The notes beneath the pieces were generated by a model. It was given only the letters and a program-made list of their open reading frames with translations. It was not told the origin of the DNA and ran no database searches. A stretch of DNA of 64,000 bases from positions 4,000,001 to 4,064,000 of the forward strand of contig OZ241875.1 of the NCBI GenBank assembly GCA_965203325.1. Direction: 5' to 3'. Source of the stretch: a bacterium (lineage in GTDB: Bacteria; UBA8248). The translations under genes were made by a program, and so were the position numbers. Below, one piece after another: positions 20,346 to 29,379 of this stretch (position 1 is the stretch's first letter; each line of letters starts with the position of its first letter).

Positions 20346-21287
20346 TTGTCCCTCTTGTTCGACATATCCCTTTTCCAGCTCACGATGCTCATGATGGCCC
20401 CGCTCATCATCGCGTGCCTGGGCGAGACCATCATCGAGCGCTCGGGGATTCTGAACGTCGGCATCGAGGGGGTCGTGACGCTCGGTTCGGTGACAGGCTT
20501 TCTGCTCACCTACTACTCGGGCAGCGCGATCATCGGCTGCATCGTCGCGGCGCTCTCGGGGAGCGTCCTCACGCTGCTCCTGGCGTATTTCTCGATCACC
20601 CTGCGGGCGAACCAGATCGTCATCGGGCTGGGGATATTCGTCCTGGGGCTGGGGATATCGCCCACCATCTACCGGCTGGCGGTGGGCGTCGTGCAATCCA
20701 TCCCCCAGGTGCCGACGTTAAAGGAGATACACATCCCGCTCCTGGGGAGCATTCCCTTCATCGGCGAGATTTTCTTCGCGCAAAACGGACTGGTCTACAT
20801 GTCCTATTTCCTGGTGGCTGCGGTGAGTTTCTTCCTCTTCAAGACGCCGCTGGGTCTGAGGCTGCGCGCCTGCGGGGAGAACCCCCGTGCGGCGGACACG
20901 GTGGGGATAGACGTCGCCCGCATGCGCTACGGCGCGTGCGCCGTGGGCGGGCTGTTCCTGGGCGTGGCGGGCGCATACCTGCCGCTCGTGATCTCGGGCT
21001 CGTTCACGGACAACATCGTGAACGGAAGAGGGTGGCTCGCCCTGATGCTGGTGATATTCGGCCGCTGGGTGCCGATATGGTCGTTCGTCGGCGCGCTGCT
21101 GTTCGCCTACGTGGACGCCTTCCAGTTCAAGGTCAACGCCCTGCCGCAGTTCGCCAAGATCATTCCGCCGCAATTCCTGCTCATGCTGCCGTACGTGTTC
21201 GCCATGATAGTTCTGGTTCAGGTCGCCCGGGGGGCGGAGAGCCCCCGCGCGCTGACGAGGCCATACGACCGTGAAGCCCGGGATTGA
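20346..21287 (+). CDS. ABC transporter permease (nucleoside/BMP type)
   Basis: LGE...ERSGILNVGIEG, GLRLRACGENPRAADTVGIDV, GRGWLAL, MLPY. Confidence 0.9.
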   Translation: MSLLFDISLFQLTMLMMAPLIIACLGETIIERSGILNVGIEGVVTLGSVTGFLLTYYSGSAIIGCIVAALSGSVLTLLLAYFSITLRANQIVIGLGIFVLGLGISPTIYRLAVGVVQSIPQVPTLKEIHIPLLGSIPFIGEIFFAQNGLVYMSYFLVAAVSFFLFKTPLGLRLRACGENPRAADTVGIDVARMRYGACAVGGLFLGVAGAYLPLVISGSFTDNIVNGRGWLALMLVIFGRWVPIWSFVGALLFAYVDAFQFKVNALPQFAKIIPPQFLLMLPYVFAMIVLVQVARGAESPRALTRPYDREARD

Positions 21288-21332
21288 CCCACGTCCGGGC
21301 AATCGTGCTTTCTCATCAAGGAGGAGTGTGAA

Positions 21333-22334
21333 ATGAAAACCAAATGGACACGCCGATTGTTCTTCGCCGCCGCCGCGCTCACGGCCCTGGCGCTGGCCGT
21401 ACCCGGCCCTGCCCTCGCCGCGAAGGCGCACAAGTTCGCCATCATCCTGCCCGGACCCATCGAGGATGCGGACTACAACTTCCGGGGCTACGAGGTGGCG
21501 CAGGACGTCAAGAAGATGTTCAAGATCGAAACCTCCTACTCCGAGCGCATCTCGCCCGCGGACGCCGAGCGGGTGGCGCGCGAGTACATCTCCTCGGGCT
21601 TCACCATCATCGGCTTCCACGGCGGGCAGTACGTCCGGCTCGTGCAGAAGCTGGCCCCGAAGTTCCCCGAGGTGACTTTCATCATGGAGAGTTCGGCGAA
21701 ATTCAAGGTTCCCAAGAACGTCTGGAACATTCACCGCCACTACTTCCAGGCCTTCTATCCCTTCGGCGTGCTGGCCGGCCTCGCCACGAAGACGAACAAG
21801 GTGAGCGTTATCGCGGGCATCCCGCTCCCGGACTTCAAGGCTTCCATCAACACCATCTCGGACGCGCTCAAGGCGACCAACCCCAAGGCGGAGCTCACCT
21901 ACTCCTTCACCGGAAACCAGAACGATCCGGTCAAGGCGCGCCAGACCGCCGACGCCATGATCGCGGGCGGCGTCGACTTCATCATCAACATGGTGAACCT
22001 CGGCGTGTACGGCGTGGTCGAGGCCGCCAAGAAGTCGAAGCGCAAGGTGCTGGTCACCACGTTCTACACCGACAAGACGGACAAGGCGCCCAAGCACTTC
22101 GCCGGCACGCTGATCATCGATTTCCGGCCGCCCTACCGCAAGGCCCTGGCGGGCATCCTGAAAGGATCGCCCGGGGGATACGTGCCGATGCAGCTCGGGG
22201 TCGGGTTCGAGATCACCTCTCTGGGCAACGTATCGGCCGAGGCGATGAAGCGGACCAAGGAGGCGTATGAAAAGGTGCGCGCCGGGAAGATCAAACCCCG
22301 GCTGGAGATGAAGAAGGTCATGTTGGCGAAATAG
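21333..22334 (+). CDS. BMP-family ABC substrate-binding protein
   Basis: Signal peptide with RRLF (Tat-like), LPGPIEDADYN, FTGNQNDPVKA. Confidence 0.85.
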   Translation: MKTKWTRRLFFAAAALTALALAVPGPALAAKAHKFAIILPGPIEDADYNFRGYEVAQDVKKMFKIETSYSERISPADAERVAREYISSGFTIIGFHGGQYVRLVQKLAPKFPEVTFIMESSAKFKVPKNVWNIHRHYFQAFYPFGVLAGLATKTNKVSVIAGIPLPDFKASINTISDALKATNPKAELTYSFTGNQNDPVKARQTADAMIAGGVDFIINMVNLGVYGVVEAAKKSKRKVLVTTFYTDKTDKAPKHFAGTLIIDFRPPYRKALAGILKGSPGGYVPMQLGVGFEITSLGNVSAEAMKRTKEAYEKVRAGKIKPRLEMKKVMLAK

Positions 22335-22392
22335 GGCATGTGAGCGCCCCGCCCCAATCTTCCGGGCGGGGCGGGGCGCGAGAACGGAAGGC

Positions 22393-23943
22393 GTGATGAC
22401 GGAAAAAATGAGTTCCTGCGTCGAGATGTACGGCGTCAGCAAGTCCTTCGGGGAAGTCCGCGCCCTGGACGCGGTCGACTTCGAGGCCGCAGAGGGGGAG
22501 ATCCACGCCCTCCTGGGCGAGAACGGCGCGGGCAAGACCACGCTCATGAACATCCTGAGCGGCCTCTACCGCATGGATGAGGGGCAAATCGCGATCGAAG
22601 GGCGCGAGGTGGACATCCACTCTCCCCAGGATGCGATCGCGGTCGGCGTCGGGATGGTCCACCAGCACGTGGAGCTGATCGGCAACTTCACCGCGCTCGA
22701 GAACATCCTGCTGGGCCGCGAGGGTTCGCGCTGGCGGCTCGACGTCGAAGCCCGGCGCGGTTCGGTGGAGGAACTTGCGGCGAATTACGGCCTCTCCATC
22801 CCGCTGGATGAGGGGGTGAAGACCCTGCCTGCGGGCATCCAGCAGAAAGTGGAGATTTTGAAAGCCCTCTACCACGGCGCGGACATCCTGATCCTGGACG
22901 AGCCGACGACCATGCTGACCCCCCACGAGGTGGACGGGCTGTTCACCATCCTCAAGTCTTTCGCCAAGGGCGGGCTGACGGTCGTCTTCATCACGCACAA
23001 GATCCAGGAGGTGCTGGACAACTGCGACCGCATCACCGTGTTCCGAGGCGGGCGCAAGATCGACACCATCCCCCGCGAGGAGGCCACCCGCGAAATACTC
23101 GTCCAGATGATGATGGGCGAGCGCGGCATGCCGCCCGAGGGCGAGCGGCCGGCCGGACCCTCGGCGGCTCTGGAGGGGGGTCCCGCTCTGTCGGTGCGGG
23201 GGGTGCGCACCTCGGCGAAGTGGGGGGTGCCGCTCAAGGACGTCGCCTTCGACGTCCCCCGGGGGCTCATCGTCGGCATGGCGGGCATCTCGGGAAACGG
23301 CCAGAAGGAACTGGCGGAAGCCCTGGCCGGGTTGATCGAAACGGAAGAGGGGGAGGTTCACCTGGACGGTGAGCAAGTATCAAACCTCTCGGTGGCCGGG
23401 CGCATCGCGCGGGGGATGAGCCTCCTGCCGCAGGACAGGATAGAGGAGGGGATTCTGCCGGGCCTGAGCCTGGCGGAGAACTTCGTGCTCGGACTCCACC
23501 CCCACATCTTCAGGCGGCGCGGCGTGTTCGAGCGCGAGGCCGCCTTCGAGCTCGGCAGGAACGCGATTGCGGAATTCAACATCTTAGCTAGAAACGAGCA
23601 CGTGCCGGCCGCGCACCTCTCGGGCGGGAACATCCAGAAGACCATCGTGGCGCGCTCGGTCATGCTCGCCCACAAGACGGGCGGGAAGGTGATGATCGCG
23701 AACAACCCCACGCGCGGGCTGGACGTGATGGCCGCCTCGTTCGTGCACGGCCGGCTGCGCGAGCTTCGCGCGGGCGGGGCGGGCGTGCTGCTGATATCGG
23801 AAGACCTGGACGAGCTGTGCCTGATGAGCGACCGCATCGTCGTCATCTATGCGGGGGAGATTCTCGGCGCCTTCGACGGCCCCGAATACGACATCTACCG
23901 GATAGGCGCGCTCATGGCGGGCCACAGAGAAGAGGTTTCCTGA
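22393..23943 (+). CDS. ABC transporter ATPase (double domain)
   Basis: GENGAGKTT, ILDEPT, LSGGNIQK, PTRGLDV, ISEDLDE. Confidence 0.93.
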   Translation: MMTEKMSSCVEMYGVSKSFGEVRALDAVDFEAAEGEIHALLGENGAGKTTLMNILSGLYRMDEGQIAIEGREVDIHSPQDAIAVGVGMVHQHVELIGNFTALENILLGREGSRWRLDVEARRGSVEELAANYGLSIPLDEGVKTLPAGIQQKVEILKALYHGADILILDEPTTMLTPHEVDGLFTILKSFAKGGLTVVFITHKIQEVLDNCDRITVFRGGRKIDTIPREEATREILVQMMMGERGMPPEGERPAGPSAALEGGPALSVRGVRTSAKWGVPLKDVAFDVPRGLIVGMAGISGNGQKELAEALAGLIETEEGEVHLDGEQVSNLSVAGRIARGMSLLPQDRIEEGILPGLSLAENFVLGLHPHIFRRRGVFEREAAFELGRNAIAEFNILARNEHVPAAHLSGGNIQKTIVARSVMLAHKTGGKVMIANNPTRGLDVMAASFVHGRLRELRAGGAGVLLISEDLDELCLMSDRIVVIYAGEILGAFDGPEYDIYRIGALMAGHREEVS

Positions 23944-23944
23944 G

Positions 23945-25009
23945 ATGGCGGCGGGCGTGAGCGAGAAGAAAAAGATCGCGATGGAGTTCGCCGTCACCTA
24001 CGCGGCGGCGGGGGCGCTGGCGCTCGCCTGCGGGGCCGTCTTCATCGTCGCCTTCGGCGGCGACGTGCTCGTCGCGCTCGGCACGGTGCTTCGCTCCTCG
24101 CTCGGCACGTGGGGCGGGTTCGCGCAGACGCTCAACAAGTTCTGCCCGCTCCTGCTCGGCTCGCTCGCGGTGGCCTTCGGGATGCGGGGCGGGCACTTCA
24201 ACATCGGCGTGGACGGGCAGATCTACGCGGGCGCCATCGGCATGACGGGCACGGCCTTCGCGCTCGAGGGCATGAACCTCCCCTGGCCGGTCTTCGTGCC
24301 CCTGGGGATTCTGGGCGGAATCGCCGGCGGGTGGTTCTGGGGCTTCATCCCCGGCATCCTGCGCGTGCGTTTTCAGGTGAGCGAGATTTTCGTGACGGTG
24401 ATGCTGAACTTCGTCGCGCTCTATCTAGTGGACTACCTCGCGAACGGCCCCTGGAACGATCCGCTCGCGGGAGAGGCCATCTCGCTCCCGATCCCCGACG
24501 CCTCGGTGCTGCCCCAGGTGATGCCGAGGGCCGGCGCGCACGCGGGCTTCATCATCGCGCTGGCGGCGGCGGTCGGCATGTACTTCTTCATGACGCGCAC
24601 CATCGCCGGCTACGAGATACGCGCGGTGGGCGACAACCCCCGCGCCGCGCGCTTCGGCGGCATCAACGTCGCGCGCGTCACGCTCATCATCATGCCGACC
24701 TGCGGCGCGCTCTCGGGTCTCGCGGGGGCCATCGAGGTCTCGGGCTTCCACCAGAGCCTGTTATTGGGCATCAGCGGTGCGGAGGGCGCCCCCAACTACG
24801 GCGCGATGGCCATCCTCATCGCCGTCATCGGGCGCAACAACCCGCTCGGCGTCACGATAGCCGCCGCGGTGTTCGCCGTGCTCGTCTCGGGTTCTGATTC
24901 CTTACAGCGCAGCATCGGCCTCCCCGGCGCGGCGGTGTTCGTCTTCCAGGCGATCATCGTGCTCACGGTCGTCTTCGTGCAGGCGCGGCGGAGCATCAAG
25001 GCGGGGTAG
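23945..25009 (+). CDS. ABC transporter permease (nucleoside/BMP type)
   Basis: FNIGVDGQ, SEI..TVMLNF, GYEIRAVGDNP.AA. Confidence 0.9.
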   Translation: MAAGVSEKKKIAMEFAVTYAAAGALALACGAVFIVAFGGDVLVALGTVLRSSLGTWGGFAQTLNKFCPLLLGSLAVAFGMRGGHFNIGVDGQIYAGAIGMTGTAFALEGMNLPWPVFVPLGILGGIAGGWFWGFIPGILRVRFQVSEIFVTVMLNFVALYLVDYLANGPWNDPLAGEAISLPIPDASVLPQVMPRAGAHAGFIIALAAAVGMYFFMTRTIAGYEIRAVGDNPRAARFGGINVARVTLIIMPTCGALSGLAGAIEVSGFHQSLLLGISGAEGAPNYGAMAILIAVIGRNNPLGVTIAAAVFAVLVSGSDSLQRSIGLPGAAVFVFQAIIVLTVVFVQARRSIKAG

Positions 25010-25081
25010 GGGGGAGACCACCGCCAGCGAGATATGCAATTACTTCCCCCTTGAGGGAATTCCCCACCGACGAAAGAAGGA

Positions 25082-25327
25082 TTCACTCCCCCCTTGAGGG
25101 TCTGGCTTCCCGAGGGGAAAGCCAGACGATGAAGCCGAGCGTTTTTGCGAAGGCTGATGCGGTGGGGGGTAAAACGCGTTTTATCGCCATCCGAATTATC
25201 CCCCCCACCGATTCGCTTGCGGGCTTACGCCCTTACCTCATCGACTCCCCCTCAAGGGGGGAGTGAAGTCCATTCTACGGGGAGAGGGGTTGCGGTTTTG
25301 TAGGGGCGGTTCGCGAACCGCCCCTAC
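25082..25327. repeat. Family-B element (25082-25267) plus GTAG REP (25300-25327)
   Basis: TTCACTCCCCCCTTGAGGG...CCCTCAAGGGGGGAGTGAA; GTAGGGGCGGTTCGCGAACCGCCCCTAC. Confidence 0.75.
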
Positions 25328-25364
25328 GGGGTCGGTGGCCGGGATGACGAACGATGGCCTGCCC

Positions 25365-26468
25365 CTACACCGCCCGTACGACCGCCGCGACGGGGCCGCC
25401 GCCGGGAGGCCCCTGGTGTTCGGCACCGCCCGAGACGTAGGTCATCGTGTCGCCGACGATGGATGACACCACGGCGTTCACGACAGAGCGGGCGTGGCGC
25501 GTGTTGTTGATGTCCGAGTCATCGAGCATCGTGTGCCGCCGCCCGCGCACCAGGCCGTCGGGGGAGGCCTCGCACTTGGCGAAGACGTTCACGACGCGCG
25601 CGCGCTGCTCGGGCGCCAGCGACCACTCGAACGCGACCCCTGCGTTCACGATGGCCTCGCGCACGGCGTCGCGGTCGATGGCGTCTCCCATCACGCTGTG
25701 GCCGACGACGAGGTCGCCGCCCCAGGCCGCGCTGTTACCGATGACCATCGCCTCGTTGCACATGAGCTCGATTCCCGCCGAAGTCGAGGCGACGCCGGAT
25801 TGGAGCGACCAGTCCGCACAGATCACCTCATCGCTCAACCGGCTCTCGGCCACCTCGCCCGCCGCCAGGGCGACCCCCAGCGCCGATGCGCCGCGCGAGT
25901 AGCCCATCGATTTATACGTGTCCTCCGTGCAGACGCTCTCCCCGCGCCTGGCGGCGTCCGCCATGCGCTCGCCTGTCAAGAGCGGGCACTTCACCTGGAC
26001 GAAGTGCAGGTCTTCGGTGCTCTCGATCTGCGCCTCTTTCATGAGCCTTCGCACGAGGTTCGCCGTCGCGCGCACCTGCGCCATGCGGCCCATTTCTTCG
26101 GGCAGGAAATCCGCCGTGTGGCCCGAGGCGATGGCGAGGCGCTTGGCGCGCCCGTCGCCCGCGCCGTTCTCCGACTTCGTGAACACGGAAAAATGCGGGC
26201 ACATGACGCCTTCCGTTCCGCCGGACATGATAAGGGCGATCTGCGCCTCCACCTCCTCGCGGGTCTTGCCCATCGCGCGTGAGAAATAATCGAGCAGGAC
26301 GAAGTTGCTGAACCCGCGCGAGAAATCGTTCACGCAGCCGTTGCCCTCGGTCTTGCCCATGATGCCGACGACATCTTCCGCCCGGCATTCGCCCCCCTCG
26401 ATGAGAGCGGCCACGCCTGAGATGTCGTCGGGCGAGTCCATCGCCACGCGGAACAAGTCGGCCTGCAT
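25365..26468 (-). CDS. atzD: Ring-opening amidohydrolase, cyanuric acid hydrolase (AtzD/TrzD)-like
   Basis: GKTEGNGCVNDF, MSGGTEG, FVQVKCPLLT, STSAG, YVSGGAEHQGP; these match cyanuric acid hydrolase rather than barbiturase signatures. Confidence 0.85.
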   Translation of the reverse strand: MQADLFRVAMDSPDDISGVAALIEGGECRAEDVVGIMGKTEGNGCVNDFSRGFSNFVLLDYFSRAMGKTREEVEAQIALIMSGGTEGVMCPHFSVFTKSENGAGDGRAKRLAIASGHTADFLPEEMGRMAQVRATANLVRRLMKEAQIESTEDLHFVQVKCPLLTGERMADAARRGESVCTEDTYKSMGYSRGASALGVALAAGEVAESRLSDEVICADWSLQSGVASTSAGIELMCNEAMVIGNSAAWGGDLVVGHSVMGDAIDRDAVREAIVNAGVAFEWSLAPEQRARVVNVFAKCEASPDGLVRGRRHTMLDDSDINNTRHARSVVNAVVSSIVGDTMTYVSGGAEHQGPPGGGPVAAVVRAV

Positions 26469-26679
26469 CTTGCGTCCCCCTTTCGCAAAGGCGCGCGTCT
26501 GCGCGCTCGTGGATACCGGAATTTTTATGGGGAAAAACTAGCACCGCAGGGAGAGCCTGTGCAAAGGGTCAATCGCGACCGAGGAGGGAGCGATTGCAGG
26601 TTTTGTTGTAGCGGACAGGCCTCCGTGCCTGTCCGGGGTTGCGACCTGTCCGAAAGGGTCGCCGCTCTCGCCTTGAAAA

Positions 26680-26795
26680 CCAACCCCCCTACCCCCCCTT
26701 GTCAGGGGGGTAAGAAAAATCAAAACCCCTTCTCCGGCGGGGGCGCATCGCCTTTTTATACCCCCCTGTCAAGGGGGGGTAGGGGGGGTTGCCTT
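26680..26795. repeat. Family-A REP doublet
   Basis: CAACCCCCCTACCCCCCCTTGTCAGGGGGG...CCCCCCTGTCAAGGGGGGGTAGGGGGGGTTG; internal sequence nearly identical to the 7251-7347 copy. Confidence 0.8.
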
Positions 26796-26841
26796 TGTCC
26801 CCTGGCAAGGGGGGAGTGAATGCCTCTCACGCGGCCCATCC

Positions 26842-27804
26842 TCACCTCTTATATATACAAGTCCCCGCATCCCCGCGCAGGGCGGGCACCGCATCCTCCA
26901 AAGCCGCGATGTGCACGCGCTCGCCGCCACCCTCGAGAAAGCGGATCGCCGCCTCTATCTTGGGGCCCATGCTGCCGGGCGGGAAGTGGCCCTGGGCGTG
27001 GTATCCCTTTATCTCGTCGAGGGAGATTCTTTCCAACTCGCGCTGCTCGGGCGTCCCGAAGTGGACGGCCACCCTCGGCACGGCGGTGAGGATCATCATC
27101 GTCTCGATCCCCAGCACGTTCGCCATGAGGGCCGAGGTCAAATCCTTGTCGATGACGGCGGCCAGCCCGCGCCGCGCGCCGTCGGCTTCGCGCACGACGG
27201 GGATGCCCCCGCCGCCGCCCGCGATGACCACCGCCCCGCTTTTGGCGATCGTCTCGATGAGCGAGATGTCCACGATGTGTTTCGGCGCAGGCGAGGGAAC
27301 GACGTGCCGCCAGCCGCGTCCTGCGTCCTCGCGGAACGTCCAGCCCATCTCGCGCTCATAGCGCCTCGCCTCTTCTTCCGTGTAGGTGTAGCCCACGAAC
27401 TTGGTCGGCGCGTCGAAGGCCGGGTCCGCCGGGTCGACCTCCACCTGCGTCAGGAGACACACCACGTGGCGGGGGTCACCCGCGCGCCTGAGCGCGTTCT
27501 CGAACGCCTGCATGAGGAGATAGGCGATGCCCCCCTGGCTGTGGGCGACGCAGATGTCGAGCGTCATGGGGGTGACCTGCTCGCTCGACATCGCCTGGCG
27601 CATGAGTATCTTGCCGACGACGGGGCCGTTCCCGTGCGTGATGATGAGTTCGTTTTTGAGCTGCAAGAGGGGGAGCAGGGCACGGCCGGTCGCTGCGGCG
27701 ATGGCGGCCTGTTCCGCCGCGGTGCCGCGTATCTCGGGCGGGTGGGTCGCGTTGCCGCCGACGGCGACGAGCAGGCGGCCTGGAAGATCGGGCGGGGGAG
27801 CCAT
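26842..27804 (-). CDS. arcC: Carbamate kinase
   Basis: VAVGGNA, ITHGNGPVVG, SQGGIAY, PTKFVG, VVPSP.P, GGGGIPV, VIDKDL, GSMGPKI. Confidence 0.92.
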   Translation of the reverse strand: MAPPPDLPGRLLVAVGGNATHPPEIRGTAAEQAAIAAATGRALLPLLQLKNELIITHGNGPVVGKILMRQAMSSEQVTPMTLDICVAHSQGGIAYLLMQAFENALRRAGDPRHVVCLLTQVEVDPADPAFDAPTKFVGYTYTEEEARRYEREMGWTFREDAGRGWRHVVPSPAPKHIVDISLIETIAKSGAVVIAGGGGGIPVVREADGARRGLAAVIDKDLTSALMANVLGIETMMILTAVPRVAVHFGTPEQRELERISLDEIKGYHAQGHFPPGSMGPKIEAAIRFLEGGGERVHIAALEDAVPALRGDAGTCIYKR

Positions 27805-27972
27805 GTCGGATTCTCCCGATGAACCCCCGGCCTCGGGACGCGGTGGCATACAAGTGCAGTCGCAAGACCCGCGGCGCGCCCCGGGCCGGGAGTGACATCT
27901 TACAACAACGGCGGGGTCGGGGGGTAGGGAATTTTATGACGAATCCCTTCCACATCGATCGGGTTCGACCCC

Positions 27973-28191
27973 GCCGTCATTCCGGCGAAAGCCGGAATCC
28001 ATTTTGACTTTCCAACCAGGCGGGGTGGCCATAACCTTGTTGTTGCGCGGCGTCCGGATGCGGAATTCAGAGAATTCGCCTTTCGTTTTTGTGTTCGATT
28101 CCGATCCTCCCCGCCAGGAGTAAAGACGTCCGAACGAGGAGGAGAAAAGGCAAAGGCGAAAATGGATTCCGGCTTTCGCCGGAATGACGGC
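27973..28191. repeat. CGTC-type REP pair (33-bp perfect inverted repeat)
   Basis: GCCGTCATTCCGGCGAAAGCCGGAATCCATTTT at 27973-28005 and its reverse complement at 28159-28191. Confidence 0.85.
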
Positions 28192-28288
28192 AAGAGCGAA
28201 GGGCCGCATGAATGGGATTGTCCAAAAGCCTGGTGGGGCATTGTTTTACCCCCTCTCTCCAGTCGGAATCGACGCCGGAATGACGGCT

Positions 28289-28316
28289 GTAGGGGCGGTT
28301 CGCGAACCGCCCCTAC
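28289..28316. repeat. GTAG-type REP palindrome
   Basis: GTAGGGGCGGTTCGCGAACCGCCCCTAC, identical to 25300-25327. Confidence 0.8.
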
Positions 28317-28348
28317 GGAAACCCCACACCCTCCTTCTCCGCTCCCCC

Positions 28349-28429
28349 CAAACCCTCATTCCCCGCCCGCGTCAAACCCGCATTCATCGCTCCCGTCAAA
28401 CCCTCATTGATCAATCGCGTTTGACCCCC
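28349..28429 (+). repeat. 24-bp-period tandem repeat ending in TCGCGTTTGACCCCC
   Basis: CAAACCC(T/G)CATT at 28349, 28373 and 28397. Confidence 0.65.
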
Positions 28430-28509
28430 GCTCCCCGATAATTCATAATCGAACCATCACTGGATCATGCGACCCGTTTCAGAAGTTGCGCGCAAGTTCA
28501 AATAAAGGG

Positions 28510-28539
28510 TTGACAAAACCGGAAAACTTGCCGCACTAT
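28510..28539 (+). promoter_or_regulatory. Putative sigma70 promoter for the lipoprotein leader
   Basis: Perfect TTGACA at 28510-28515, 18-nt spacer, CACTAT at 28534-28539, in an AT-rich patch. Confidence 0.6.
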
Positions 28540-28714
28540 CATATATGTCAAGCAACAGACGTGAGCAGTAATCACAGGGCCGCCCGCTCGATGCAACACT
28601 GACCCATCCGTGAAGAACGGAGAGAGCGGGAACCCACGAGAGAACCTGCTCTCACGAATTGCCTGACAGCCCGGAAGACGACGACCCAGAAGGTTCCGGG
28701 CATAAGCAGTAAAA

Positions 28715-29379
28715 ATCACGAGGCTAGAGGACTCAACCCACGATGCAGCACGCCACAAAACCCCCTCCAGTTTCGTGATCAATAGAAGAGCAGGAAAGCG
28801 GCAGGCCCGGCGGAAGCCGGGGAAGCAGTAAATCACGAGGCCAGAGGACTCAACCCACGGCGAACCACGCCACCAATCCCCCTCCAGTCTCGTGAAGCGT
28901 AAGGCCCGGCGGCCCGCGCAGTCGGCGGCGCGCCGGGAAGAACGGCAAGCCCGGCGAAAGCCGGGAGATGAAATATCACGAGGCCAGAGGACTCAACTCA
29001 TGATGCACCACGCCACAAATCCCTCTCCAGTCTCGTGATCGATTCAAGGAAAGGCCCGGCAGGAGCCTGAAACGAAAAATTCGGCTCGGGGCCAGGAAGT
29101 TTTTTATCACGAGGCTGGAGGACTCAAACATCATGAATCCTGACCAGAATCCCACACCAGTCTCGTGGATAAGCCGGTCACCGGCCCGGGCGCGTGAGTC
29201 CGGGCCGGCGGCCGCGCGCTCCGGCCCCGGTTCGATGATTCGATGAAACGATAGAAGCCCGATAACGAAGGATAAGGAAAGTCGGAAAGTCAAAGAAAGG
29301 AGGTCAAATCCGAACACTACAGTTTTGTTGGTTGCAAAGCTCTTTAATATCACGAGACTAGGAGGACTCAAAAGTGATG
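28715..29379 (+). repeat. Array of four ~65-nt hairpin units plus a fifth half-unit that is the lipoprotein RBS
   Basis: ATCACGAG(G/A)C..GAGGACTCAA at 28715, 28832, 28975, 29106 and 29349; 3' arms CCAGT(C/T)TCGTG ending about 28779, 28896, 29039 and 29170. Confidence 0.9.

Noticed and set aside
28715..29370. CRISPR array
   Set aside because: Units are ~65 nt with conserved interiors, periods are irregular (117, 143, 131, 243), linkers share structure, and there are no cas genes.
28715..29370. PyrR-binding sites, T-box, CsrB-like RNA or integron attC sites
   Set aside because: No ARUCCNGNGAGGYU, no T-box GGUGGNACC, the GGA motifs are not consistently ANGGA in loops, and there are no RYYYAAC/GTTRRRY ends.
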